This document shows positions 46,907 through 61,250 of a stretch of 64,000 nt of DNA, in pieces (within the stretch, counting starts at the first letter, position 1; each line of letters begins with the position of its first letter). The notes under the pieces are model-generated. The model had not been told where the DNA came from and searched no databases. It was given only the letters and a program-made list of their open reading frames with translations. Source of the DNA: the human T2T-CHM13v2.0 reference genome, Homo sapiens. The translations under genes and the position numbers were made by a program. Where the stretch lies: assembly GCF_009914755.1 (NCBI RefSeq), contig NC_060934.1; one strand, written 5' to 3'.

Positions 46907-47636
46907 TGATGGGTGAAGCCAGCTGGGCTTCTGGATCGGGTAGGGACTTGGAGTACTTTTCTGTCTAGCTAAATGGTTGTAAACACGCAAATCAGCACTC
47001 TGTGTCTAGCTAAAGGTTTGTAAACACACCAATGAGCACTCTGTAAAAATGCACCAATCAGCGCTCTGTGTCTAACTAAAGGTTTGTAAACGCACCAATC
47101 AGCACTCTGTTAAAAACGGACCAATCAGCACTCCGTAAAATGGACCAAACAGCACGACATGGGCGGGGCCAAATAAGGGAATAAAAGCTGGCCACCGGAG
47201 CCAGCAGGGGCAACAGGCTGGAGTCCCCTTCCGGGCTGTGGGAGCTTTGTTCTTTTGCTCTTCACAATAAATCTTACTGCTGCTCACTCTTTGGGTCTGC
47301 ACTAGGTTTATGAGCTGTAACACTCACTGTGAGGGTCTGCAGCTTCATTCCTGAAGTCAGTGAGACCGTAAACCCCCGGGAGGAACAAACAACTCTGGAC
47401 GCAGCACCTTTAAGAGCTATAAGACTCACTGCAAAGGTCTGCAGCTTCACTCCTGAAGTCAGCGAGACCATGAACCCACCAGAAGGAAGAAACTCCGGAC
47501 ACATCTGAACATCTGAAGGAACAAACTCTGGACACACGATCTTTAAGAACTGTAACACTCACTGCGAGGGTCCGCAGCTTCATTCTTGAAGTCAGCGAGA
47601 CCAAGAACCCACCGGAAGGAATAAATTCCAGACACA
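46907..47636 (+). mobile_element. Short LTR12-family (ERV9) solo LTR
   Basis: ggtgaagccagctgg start; CCAATCAGC repeats; perfect TSD agac. Confidence 0.88.
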
Positions 47637-48738
47637 AGACCAGAGTTGACAACCCATCTCCACCATAAAAAATATATTGATTTTGAGAAAATCACTTAAC
47701 CTGTGCCCCCCAGTTTCCCTATCCCTGAGATGGTAATATTAACAGTATTTAAATCTTAGGATTGTTGTGAGGATTAAAGACTTTCCAGGTAGAACATTTA
47801 GGAGATAACTGGCAGGACATGTACATTCAACAGATGAGATTACCTCCTGCATGCTGTTTTACAACATTTTTATTTAACAGTGTATCTCTGGCATGTTTCT
47901 GCATCAGTATATATGAATCTACTTCATTACTTTTAACAGTTGTCTTTTAACAGTAGGTTTTTTTTTCCTGTTCTTTAAAAAATGTTTCTTAAATCTTAAT
48001 TTTTCCCAATATAGCGTATATTAAGAGTAAAAAATCAAAGTGAATAGAAAGCTTTTCAAATGACAGCAGTCGACACCTCATTTCTCCCCACCTGATCCTT
48101 TCCCATCTCAATGCCATTCTCTAGAAGCCACCTTCCAACTGAAGAAACAGAAGGGAACCAATACCCTGGAAGCACCTCCCTACATCATGCACCCACCCTT
48201 TTCCATTCCCTTCCTTTCCCCTGGATGTAGCTACCATCCTGAATTCTGTGATTATTGTTCCCTGCTTTTCAATTCTACCATGTATGCATGAGCCATAACT
48301 AATGTGCTGTTTCACTTTGCCTGTTTTTAAAGTTAACACATGTAGAATCATACCATATATATTATTGTGACTTGCTATTCTGGCTCAATATCATGTTTTT
48401 GAGAGGGATTTAAGTTGATAACTATAGCTGTAGACTATTTGTTTTCATTGTTGGGTAGATGTCCATTATATGAATACAACACAATTTATCCATTCTTCTT
48501 TCAATGGACTTTTAATATCCCCTCAATTTTTTTTCTATTCAAGCTTCTTTTTTTTTTTTTTTTTTTTTTTTTTTTGAGACAAAGTCTCACTCACTCTGTT
48601 GCCCAGGCTGGAGTGCAATGGCATGAACTCTTGATCTTTAACCAGCAGAATCCTCTCAGATTAGTCTCTTAGGTTATTAAGAAATGTAGTTGTAAAAACG
48701 CATGTATTGTTTCCTTTTAACTGTGGCTATGGGCAGCA

Positions 48739-49191
48739 TGTCAACATAAAAGGAAGAGGGTGAACCAAAATTAATGCAATTAGGTAATTTGAGCCAAGGT
48801 TGAGGGTTGCAACCCAGGAGTATAGGTTCAAGTTGCTCTGAATAGATACTCTCATTAGCAGCAGTTACAAGTGGATTTCTAAAGGCAAAAAGGGGCTTCA
48901 GGAAGTGGGCTGACATAAAGTTGTCTGTCAGGAATTCTCATTGGTTTACAGAAATAACATTGATTAGTAGCTGGCTACACATTGTTAAGCTATAGACTGT
49001 GGGTTATATTTGCTGTAGCATTATTAGGTTAATTTATAGCTACTTGTGGCTATAACAAGCAGTTTCAAGAGGTGAATACATAGCTCGAAGCGGGGAGTGG
49101 GGCATGATTGCTGTCTCATTTTAATGTCTCTTTGGGCCTAATAATTTGAAATGGCTCACATTCCTCAGATGAAAGTTCTATTCTTTCCTCA
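48739..49191 (-). mobile_element. ERV1 (MER4-group) solo LTR, subfamily uncertain
   Basis: TG...CA ends; gccaaggttgag motif shared with MER4-group LTRs. Confidence 0.5.
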
Positions 49192-49732
49192 GGTGTATAT
49201 TCAGATGTTTACACAACCACAAAGGACTTGGAGAGGACCTATTGTAATGCACACCAGTAATATAGTACGGTAGTTCACTGGGAGAGTATATTTTCAATTT
49301 CTTTCTTTGAGGAATTAACCTTTTACTTTATTTATTGATGAGGTGGATCTTTCAAATCATTGCAATAAAATATTACATTATTCATACTAAATTAGGGGAC
49401 AGGGCATTCCAAGTAAAACTTTTAAAGTAATACCTTGATGTGAAATTTTTTTTTGGCCATTCAGAAGTTTTACCTTGCCAAGTTTCAATTTACAAGGTTA
49501 TTTGCATGAAGTCATTAATGTGCTAAAAAGTCAATATCCTTAAAAAGAGTTAAGCAGTGCCCATATTTTAGCAAAAATGTGGTCGATTTTTAAAAATTTA
49601 TATCTATTTCTTGCCTATTTACTAAATTAAATCAAAATATGTAGTGATCACATTTATTTAACATATTCTATGCCAAGCACTGCTCTGAGTGCTTTCTGTA
49701 TAGTAACTAATTTAATCCTGCCACAGACTCTA

Positions 49733-50260
49733 TGTCAGAGACGTTTGAACCAGAGCGACTCCATCTTGAGTGAGGGCTAGGAAGATGCGGCTGGGACTTG
49801 CTGGGCCGCATTCCCAGAAAGTTAGGTATTCCTAGCCTCTAGATGTTTATGGTTAAGGGAATAGATTGATAATGTTTACTAAACAGACCCAGACTTAGGA
49901 GTGTCCAGATATCCCGATATCTTGAGAACAAAGGCATTCCTAATTTTGCTTTAAAGATAATAATATTGATTCTTGCAAAACATAGTAATTATGAAAATTA
50001 ACCCTTTATCACAAAAAGAGCACATCTCCCCATATCTTTTTTTCATCCTATATATACAGGCATTGAACCTGGGGTGGACGCCTTCGTCCTCTTACTTTCG
50101 GGAACACCCTACTCTGTCTATGGAGTAGCTGTTTTTTCACCACTTTACTTTCTTAATAAACTTGCTTTTGTTTTGCACGGTGGACTCGCTCTGAATTCTT
50201 TCTTATGCGAGATCCAAGAACCCTCTCTTGGGTCTGGATCAGGACCCCTTTCCCGTAACA
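49733..50260 (+). mobile_element. MER41-family (MER41D-like) solo LTR inserted in a MIR
   Basis: tgtcagagacgtttgaaccagagcgactccatcttg start; perfect TSD tcta. Confidence 0.8.
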
Positions 50261-50363
50261 TCTATGCAGGAGGAATAACATGTGTTCCATCTTATTTTAC
50301 AGGTGAGGAAACTGAAACACACTGAGGTTAGTGACTTCCCCATGTTCACAGTTAATAAGTGGT

Positions 50364-50751
50364 TGTTACGGGTTGAATTGTGCTCCCCCAATTTCATACA
50401 TTGATGTTCTAATCCCCAGTGCCCCAGTATGTGACCTTATTTGGAAATAGGGTTGTTGCAGATGTAACTAAATTAAAATGAGGTCATACTGGAGTGTGAA
50501 TGAAGATGAAGGCACAGATGGGGTGGGTGGTGCTTCTGCACTCCAAGGGACACCAAAGATTCCCTCAAACCACTAGAAGCTGGGAGAGAGGCATGGAACA
50601 GACTCCCTCACAGACTCCCTCCTCAGAAGGCAGCAACCCTGCTGACACCTTCATCTTGGACTTGTAGCCTCTAGAACTGTGAGGCAACACACTTCTGTTA
50701 TTTAAGCCACTCTGCAGTACTTTGTTACCCTAGTCCTAGCAACTGAATACA
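50364..50751 (+). mobile_element. MLT1B/C-type LTR
   Basis: tgttacgggttgaattgtg...tgtgaccttatttggaaatagg. Confidence 0.7.
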
Positions 50752-51093
50752 GGGGTGGAGCCAGGATCAAAACAGGCAGGGTGCTCCAACACTTGGTGCT
50801 TTTCACCTCATTCTCTGCTCCTCCCATAATAGGGCTAATCAAAATAAAAATAGACATCTACCCCAATCTCACCCCAATAAATGGCACAGGAGTTACCAGC
50901 TTTCAAATCTAGGCAAACAAGGAAATCATTGAATAGTCTTTTTCCTCATCTGTATGATGGCCCTGGAACCCCTCTTTCCTGACCCCTAAGTTAAAAGAGC
51001 TGTTTGAGAGGACTCTCTGGCCAGACCTTTATTCCCAGACCCAAAACTAAATTCACTCATGCCACCTGCTTGATTCTGAGCCTGTGCCCTTAT

Positions 51094-51685
51094 TGTAACT
51101 GAAATGCAGGTTCAGTTGCTTCCCGCTTTCAGAGTCCAATTATTAATAAGAAGAGCAAAGTCTGGTATAAAGAAAGTGATTTTTTATTCCAAAGCTAGCT
51201 TAGGGGAAGCAAAACAGGCTTCCTGCCTTAAGGGTACCACTTTGCTTCTGGGGCAGAAAGCAGGGGCTTTTAAAGGGGGCAGTTGGTATGAACTGCATGC
51301 TGGGGAGGGAGCGAGTGGGTGGGGGTTCGCATGACTCACTTTGGTGCTTTATCTGCTGGGTTGTGCCATCATGGGCAGAAGTCATTTGTAAAGTGGCCTT
51401 GTCTCAGGCATACTTTTGGATGTAAATGGACTGTTATCTCTGGAGGCAGTCTCCTGGGGGGTGAGAGTCCTGCTCTGGAGCTTTTAAGTAAACACCCAGT
51501 TAGATAAGCTTGCCCTGTAGGGAGTGTCAGGTGAAGGGAAGGTAAAAGATGATAATTGCATTTCTAAAGAGCTAAGTAGGAAGTGGGGAACAGGGAGAAA
51601 GGAGGAAACAGAGAAGATGGGAGAAATAAATAATGTAAAAAATAACTCATCCTCTATCTCTTAGAAAAATGGGAGTACTGTTATA
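51094..51685 (-). mobile_element. ERV1-class solo LTR, subfamily uncertain
   Basis: tgtaac...gttata ends; AATAAA on the minus strand (tttatt ~51183); TSD-like ttat/ttac. Confidence 0.5.
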
Positions 51686-51929
51686 TTACCAGGGCTCCAA
51701 AACACAAATGTTTAATAAGTGGGAGAGTTTTGAAAGCAGCACCATTATTCTGAGGTTGATAATATCCAGGTTTGTGCTGTCTCCTATGGGTTAAAATGAA
51801 AAGGATGTATCCTACAGGTGACGATAGGGACAGAGGCCCTCCCAGTAGTCACGTTAAGCTAGTACTGACAGAAAAAGGAAAAGCCTGTCCAGGTGGCTGG
51901 GCAACCCTGCAGCGAGGCATAGATGAGCT

Positions 51930-52598
51930 TGTAAATCAAAGGAAATGACCAAGGTGAGTCTCAATCCTTTTAGAGGTTTATTTTGCCAAGGTTGAGGACA
52001 CATCTGAGAAAAAGGAACACAAAATCACAGGAACATCTGTGATCTGTGCTCTTTCCAAAGAGGGCTTGAGGACTTCAATATTTAAAGGGAAAGAGCAGGC
52101 AGTAGGGGAAAGTGGAAAGTAAAAAGGGAAGGTAGATAAAAGGGGAGAGTAGTTGCATTCTTTGGGGCCTTTGATCAGCATTCACTGAATGCGCATGTTA
52201 CATTCGTGAAAGGAGGTCGTAGAGGAATAGTCAGTTATGCATTCGTCTAGTGCTTGGTGAATCTGCATTTTTACAAGATTAAATATAGGGTAGAGGAAGC
52301 GGTCAAATTGCATTTTTCTCCAGCGAGAGGAAGGATGACTCCTAGACCTGTCTTTGTCCCATACTTGGGAAGATAAGCTGTTAGTTTACATTGCCAAGAT
52401 GAAATTCAACTGATCTGTTTTAGAGTAAAGATCTTGCGGGCCAACAAGGAATTTCCTTGGGGAGGTGTGTGGCCTTTGATCTTTGTAGCTATTTAGCAAC
52501 AAAATGGGAGGCAGTGTTGCCTGACTCAGTTTCCAAGCTTGACTCTTCCCTTTGGCATAGTGAGTTTGGAGTCAAGAGATTTTTATTTTCCCTTCACA
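51930..52598 (-). mobile_element. MER4-family solo LTR abutting the GSTO1 CpG island
   Basis: Reverse complement begins tgtgaagggaaaataaaaatc...gccaaagggaagagtcaagctt; perfect TSD agct. Confidence 0.75.
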
Positions 52599-53065
52599 AG
52601 CTGAACAGGAGCCTTTGGAGAGAACGCTCTGGACCGGTGAGTGAGCCATGAGGTCGGGCCACAGGCTCTGAAGTCGTGAAGCCTTGGGACGGAGCGGGTG
52701 GTGCTTCGAGGTCAGTGTCACGGGAGGGAGGTCAGGGTCAGGGTCAGACGTGGAGCCCCGTGGAGTGCGGAGTGGTGACCCCTTCGTTCGGGGGCGGAGG
52801 GATGACTGAGCATTTATAACTTTTGTGTATCTCCCCGTGGGTGCAGCCCTTGGCCAGCGAGATGCTTTGACACAGCCCCTTAAGATGTTTTAAGGGCTAT
52901 CCCATAAAGCCGGGAAGGCACAACGGGTGGAGCTGGCGGCCGCCGGGGGCAGGCACTTTTGAGCTAAGGAGGAAGCGGGGGAGGGAAGGAGGGCGGGAAG
53001 GACGCGCCACCTACTTCCTGAATCCCCTGCAAACCCCAGAGGAGCTCGGCCTGCGCTGCGCCACG

Positions 53066-53099
53066 ATGTCCGGGGAGTCAGCCAGGAGCTTGGGGAAGG
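53066..53099 (+). CDS. GSTO1: GSTO1 coding exon 1 (MSGESARSLGK-G)
   Basis: ccacgATGtcc; donor AAGG|GTGAGG; 34 nt. Confidence 0.97.
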
Positions 53100-53130
53100 G
53101 TGAGGCCTGCCCGCCGCGAAGAGGGGGTGA

Positions 53131-53553
<423 letters not shown>

Positions 53554-55454
53554 TAGCAAGTTATAGGCCATTCCCCTAGGAAAAATAGGCCACAGATTCC
53601 AACGGTCTAGGACACCTCATTTAGATTAACCAACCATTTAATGGATTAGAAAAGCTGAGGCTCCAGTGATGTTAGTGATTTGCCCGGTAATAACCGGCAG
53701 CAGCTCTTTTAGCTTTGGTAGGTCACGAATTCCTGGTCCAGAGTCCTTTCGCTTTCGCCCTATTGTGATTTCCCGTTCTTATTCCAGCTTAACTGTTAGT
53801 TGTTATTCTGAATGTATTGTTCCCTCCTAGAATAGTGATTTACCCCAGTACAGCAGAGTTTAGACCCTGACCCTCCTAGGGTAGTGCTGAGTTTACTGCA
53901 CATATTCCTGTGGATTGGGCTGTTGGTTGAGTCAAATAGAGGGAAGTGTCTGTCTAGCTCATCCTTCTGCAGAGCCTGTTTTGAAACTAGCATAGTTTTT
54001 GACTTACGGGCTATCCACAGGATATGTGCAACAGTCACTTGACTTTTCTCTGACACCAAGTATCCATTGGAACCACTTCCCTTCCCATGACCTTTGGATG
54101 TCTGTTGATTAGACATTTATTAGATACCTTTGGTGTGGAAGGTTCTGTGGAAGTTTAAAACAAACCCCCTATTCTTAAGGAATTTTCTGTCTGTGTGCTT
54201 AGTGTTTGTGAACTAATTTTAGTCTTCTAAGGGGATAATCTTTAGGGGTAGGCAATTATTTTCCCTAAAAGAAAGGTAAAATGCATTTAAAAAATACATT
54301 TGAAGGGGATTTGTCATTACTTCACTAAGAAATGCATCTCATTTGGATGAGATTATGATTCTGAACACATAGAGTACTTACTATTTCATAATGTTTCTCA
54401 AAAACACTGTCATATTTGCTGTGATAGAACTCTTTTATTGTACTAAGAGAAATCTAATGTAACCAAAATTGAAAAAAGACATTTTTTGGTACTCATTTAT
54501 TTGAAAAGTCCAGGAGCATGACACAGCTGGATTCAGAGGCACAAAGTCCTGGGTTATGTGCTTCACCCTGGACCTTTAGTTTGAAAACAACCCTACCTTA
54601 TTTACTGGGGCAGTTTTCCAAAGGAACATTGAAACTATCTTCCCCTAATAGTGTGGGGTAGAGGGGAGGAAGAGAGTGGTTAACAGCTTCCAGACAGTGC
54701 AAACAACAAAGGTCTACTACATTAATAGACCAGTTTTAAGCTTGAGCCCGAGGAGGCTTTTACTGGGAAAGTACTAGATTTTAACCACATGATATGACTT
54801 AACAAAGCATGGTTTTCTCTAAAAGATGCATCTTCCAACTTGCTGTGGCAGGTGTGTAGACTTGTTGGCTCACAATGCCAGCTTACCAAAATTCATGTGT
54901 GTTCTGACATACTTTTTTTTTTTTAAATAACAAAAGCCCAGGATCTTTTTGTTTTCATAGTAACAAAAGTTTTTGTTTTATAGTTCAAAAATGTTGATAA
55001 TTCTTTGGCAAGGAGCCAAATAATTTTTTTTTTTTTTGCAATGGCTGGTACTTAAGTGTCCAGTATTGTCAGCACATGAACCTTTTAAATTACATGCACA
55101 CCTGTGCTCATGTTCAAATTGGATGTTCCTTTGTTTACATGGGGGATTATGTATTTAAATCCTCAAATGAAATGCTGTTCTAGCTACAGCTGTGGATGGG
55201 AAAATAGAAAACAAAAGGTATTGGTGTCTATTTTTTTTTTAGTAATCTGTTCTATTGAACATTTATTCAGCCTTGACAATCATATGGACCTAGCTCCTTT
55301 CTCTTAGTTCCTCTACAGTCTCAGGCAACATACAAGATAGACCTAAATACAATCTGACTATAGCCTGGACTTCACCTGTTTTCTTCCTTTTTGGTTTACT
55401 TTGTATGATTTACTCAGACAACATTTTTTAAAAAATCAGTACATGGAGATTTAA

Positions 55455-55802
<348 letters not shown>

Positions 55803-56429
55803 TAATATCTTCATAAAAACCAAGAAACTTTTTACTCAAATTAGCAAAATAAATTGAATTTTATGTTGGTTCTCATATAGTGGATAGTGGACACAATTCA
55901 ATTAGTTGCCTCATATGATTTATAACTAAGATACCTCTTAGCCATAAATGGAGTATCTTATTGACAATTTTGAAGCATTTCCACAGATTTATTCATTCAT
56001 TTATATGAAATATTTCAAAACAAAAATATTTACTGAGTCCTTATTTGAAACTTTTTATTTTCTTCAGAGCATTTATATCTATATAGCATTTTGCTCATTT
56101 ACATGTTTGTTTATTACTATGAACAGATACACAAGATCCCACCTTTCGTGAAGCTTACATTCTAGGAAGATAACAAACTTGTAAATAAGTGAGCAAAGTA
56201 ATTTCAGATACATATTATCAGTTCAATGAAGAAAGTAAAACATGATAATCATGTAATAGAAGCTGCTCAGCAACTTCAGAGCTATGGTCAGGGAGGGCCT
56301 GGGGATGTGTGTTTGACCTGGGAAGACCTGGGAAAAGGCAGGCAGAGGAGGCAGAGGACCATCAAGTGCAAAGACTCTAAGGTGGAAACACATTTGGCAA
56401 ATTCAAGGAATATAAAAACCGCCAACGTG

Positions 56430-57590
<1,161 letters not shown>

Positions 57591-57650
57591 AATCTAGGCA
57601 GACTCCTAAATTTGGGGTCTGATCAGCTAAGTGGATGGCAAAGCCAGTGA

Positions 57651-57944
<294 letters not shown>

Positions 57945-59115
57945 TAAGAAATTTCAGCTCCTATTTGAAAAACCTGTTTTTTAAAGCGAAATCAGTGCTG
58001 CCATTTATGGTTCAGTGATTTGGGAGAGAAAAACAAAACAGGAATATGCTTGTCAGCTCTGAGTGTCCTGCAAGTCCTTTCACGATCCAGTTCCTGTTTA
58101 CCTCCAAAATTATCCCTTTTCACTCGTCTCCTGACACTTTATATATGCCAGCCATACTAAACTTTTCTCAGAATTCCCAAATTCGCCCCTTTCTCTTTCA
58201 ATTCTTGCTGTCAGATTCTTCCCACTTCTCACTGTGCCTGGTTATCTCCACGTCATTTTTCACATGTCTGCTCCGACACTGCTGCCTTTTCAGGAGCTTG
58301 GCAGGCTGGTTAGTGCTCTAGCTTCTGAGTTCCCATCCGTGTGAACTTTTGCCTGCCTTCTTGCCTGTGTACTGCACTGGGGCTGTGAGCTCCTTGAGGG
58401 TGAGGGCTGTGTTTTGATCACTGTTAGTTCACTGCCTAGTTTTATGACTGGCTCTGCTACTTTCTTGTGACTCTGAGCAAGTTACTTATTACTTTGCCTC
58501 TCCGTTCATCATTGGTAAAATGGATATAGTAATTGTTCCCACCTCATAAGATAAAAATCAGTTAATATAAAACACCCAGAACAGAGTCTGACACATGGGA
58601 ACTACTTAATTCTTGTCCTTATAGCCATAGCATCAAGCAGTGAGCATCTACTTTGTGTTGGCAATAACTCAGATGACTGAATAAATAGCAATCCTGTAGA
58701 AGAACTGTTTGTACCTTACTTAGCATCAACACTGTGGATTAGTTCAAACAATTAGTATTAACAAAGAAATGACTAACAGATGTGTGTTTAGACACCAAGA
58801 ATAGCATGTCTGGTTATATGCCTATAACATTGTCACCTTGGTAGTACGGTCAGTATATAAAGGATTATCTTTAGAGAAAAAGATGGTTAAAGAAATGCCC
58901 TAAGAGAGAGTTATAGGGAAAACATTCTGTTTTAGGAGACATTATAAAGGGAAGCCAATGGGACAGGAAGAGTGAGTCATCTGCTTAGTAAGATGAGGGT
59001 GAAAGAATAGTAGAGGCGGCTGCTGTGAAAGATAATGTAAAGGGAACATGACATTTTCAAGAACGATGTGGGAGAGTTTTACAAAGTAGTAACAAGTTAA
59101 AGGCATGCAGCTTCA

Positions 59116-59206
59116 AGACACGAAGTCATCGATACCAACCAAAAAAAATAAGCCTAAGTGGTTCTTAAAGAAAAATCTCTTTGGTCTGGTGCCAGTTCTG
59201 GAAAAC
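59116..59206 (+). pseudogene. Degenerate copy of the 5' part of GSTO1 exon 3
   Basis: Aligns to 57711-57800 with 9 substitutions and 1 inserted A; frameshift reaches TAA after RHEVIDTNQKK. Confidence 0.9.
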
Positions 59207-59210
59207 TTTT

Positions 59211-59316
59211 TTTAGTATGGCTGGAATATAAAGTGTCAGGAGAAGAGATAAAAGGGGTAACTTTGGAGAGGTAAACAGGAACTGGATCGTGAAAGGACTT
59301 GTAGGACACGTCAGAG
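59211..59316 (-). repeat. Inverted copy of GSTO1 intron 3 segment 58057-58161
   Basis: Reverse complement matches, e.g. gaggtaaacaggaactggatcgtgaaaggacttg is identical; roughly 85-90% overall. Confidence 0.9.
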
Positions 59317-60565
59317 AAAATGAGCTTTAAAAGTAAAGCTTTTAGACATGAAGCTTTACTTTCATGCATAAAGCTACTACTTTAAAAAGTAGTCACAAGA
59401 GATTCATTGTACTATCTAGAAAGAAAATGAGATTTAAAAGTAATGCTGAAGATGCCCACCTTTACTTCCCTGCTTGGGTTTTAAAGGAGAGGTGGCTTTA
59501 TGTACATATGACCCTGCTCTCCTGGCCACAGCCCATCAGAACAGAAATGTACCCCACCCCACACACCTGGGCCAGTTATCTTCTCTCCTGGGAACTTGGA
59601 AATGAGACACAGAACTAAGACAGTAAAGGTTAGGACAGTAAAGACAACTAAGCGTTGGGGCTCAAATAATGTTAATTAGAGGCTAGAAAAACCAAAGCCA
59701 CTTAAGAAATAAATTTTTAGAGGAGCAAGAATTAAAAACATTGCAAAGGGACTGAAGTATGCAAAGTAATATGGAGCAGAAATGTGAGGAAAAACAGACG
59801 AAAGACCAGGCAGACCCAGGTGGAAATGTGGATGAAAGGGCTGCCTGAAAGCCTTCAGTCCCAGTGAAGGCAGGCTGAACTGATGTGGATGGGATTTCAT
59901 GGGATTCTATATTTTTACAAGTGCCTGTTTACTTAAACTAGGATGAGTGGACTTCTGCGTCTTGCAATAAAATGATACCAAAGACCAAAGTATTAAAACA
60001 CATAAACACCATCACGAGCATTAAAGCATCTGATGCTACACCCATCAAGTCTTTAGGTAGTCGGTCCCTTTTGAACAGTCTCCTGGTGTCCTCCCCAACA
60101 AAGAAATCAGAAAAATTTTCTTCCCTAGCTCTTTGCAGTTGGGGCCAAGTTTTGTGACCTAGGCTCTTCCTGTCAGACACACACATAGAGTTCAAATCAG
60201 AAACGAGCAAGGTAAGGAAACAGGCTTGGTGGGATATCTGCTTAAGATATTCAGCTCTCCACTGGTTTTCCTGGTGAGAGCAGCGGCAGAGCTTCTGGGT
60301 TTCAGCAGTGTGGGTTACAAGATAAAATTCCAGAGTAGAAATGGCATCAGTGCCAGTGGTGTTAGCAGTTATCTCAGACTCTACTTTCTGGCAGCCTCAC
60401 AAACTGAAGCATCTGGTGCTCAGCTTGGACTGGCAGCAGTGAGTGCTTCCCATTAGGCCATTTCTCAGCATGAATTTGGGATGTTCTGTCTTAATTCCAA
60501 GCCTGTTTGTTCCGCCTCCCAATAATTCTATGAGCCACTCAGTCTCCTTTAAAGAAAGTTGTGTT

Positions 60566-61051
<486 letters not shown>

Positions 61052-61115
61052 TTATGTGAGGGGGCCGATACAGTTAGCCATAAACTGATAAACTAAGAAA
61101 TTATTCTCTGTCTAG

Positions 61116-61250
<135 letters not shown>

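Noticed and set aside
43077-47636. The two LTR12s as the ends of one provirus
   Set aside because: Different lengths, separate TSDs and no HERV9 internal sequence between them.
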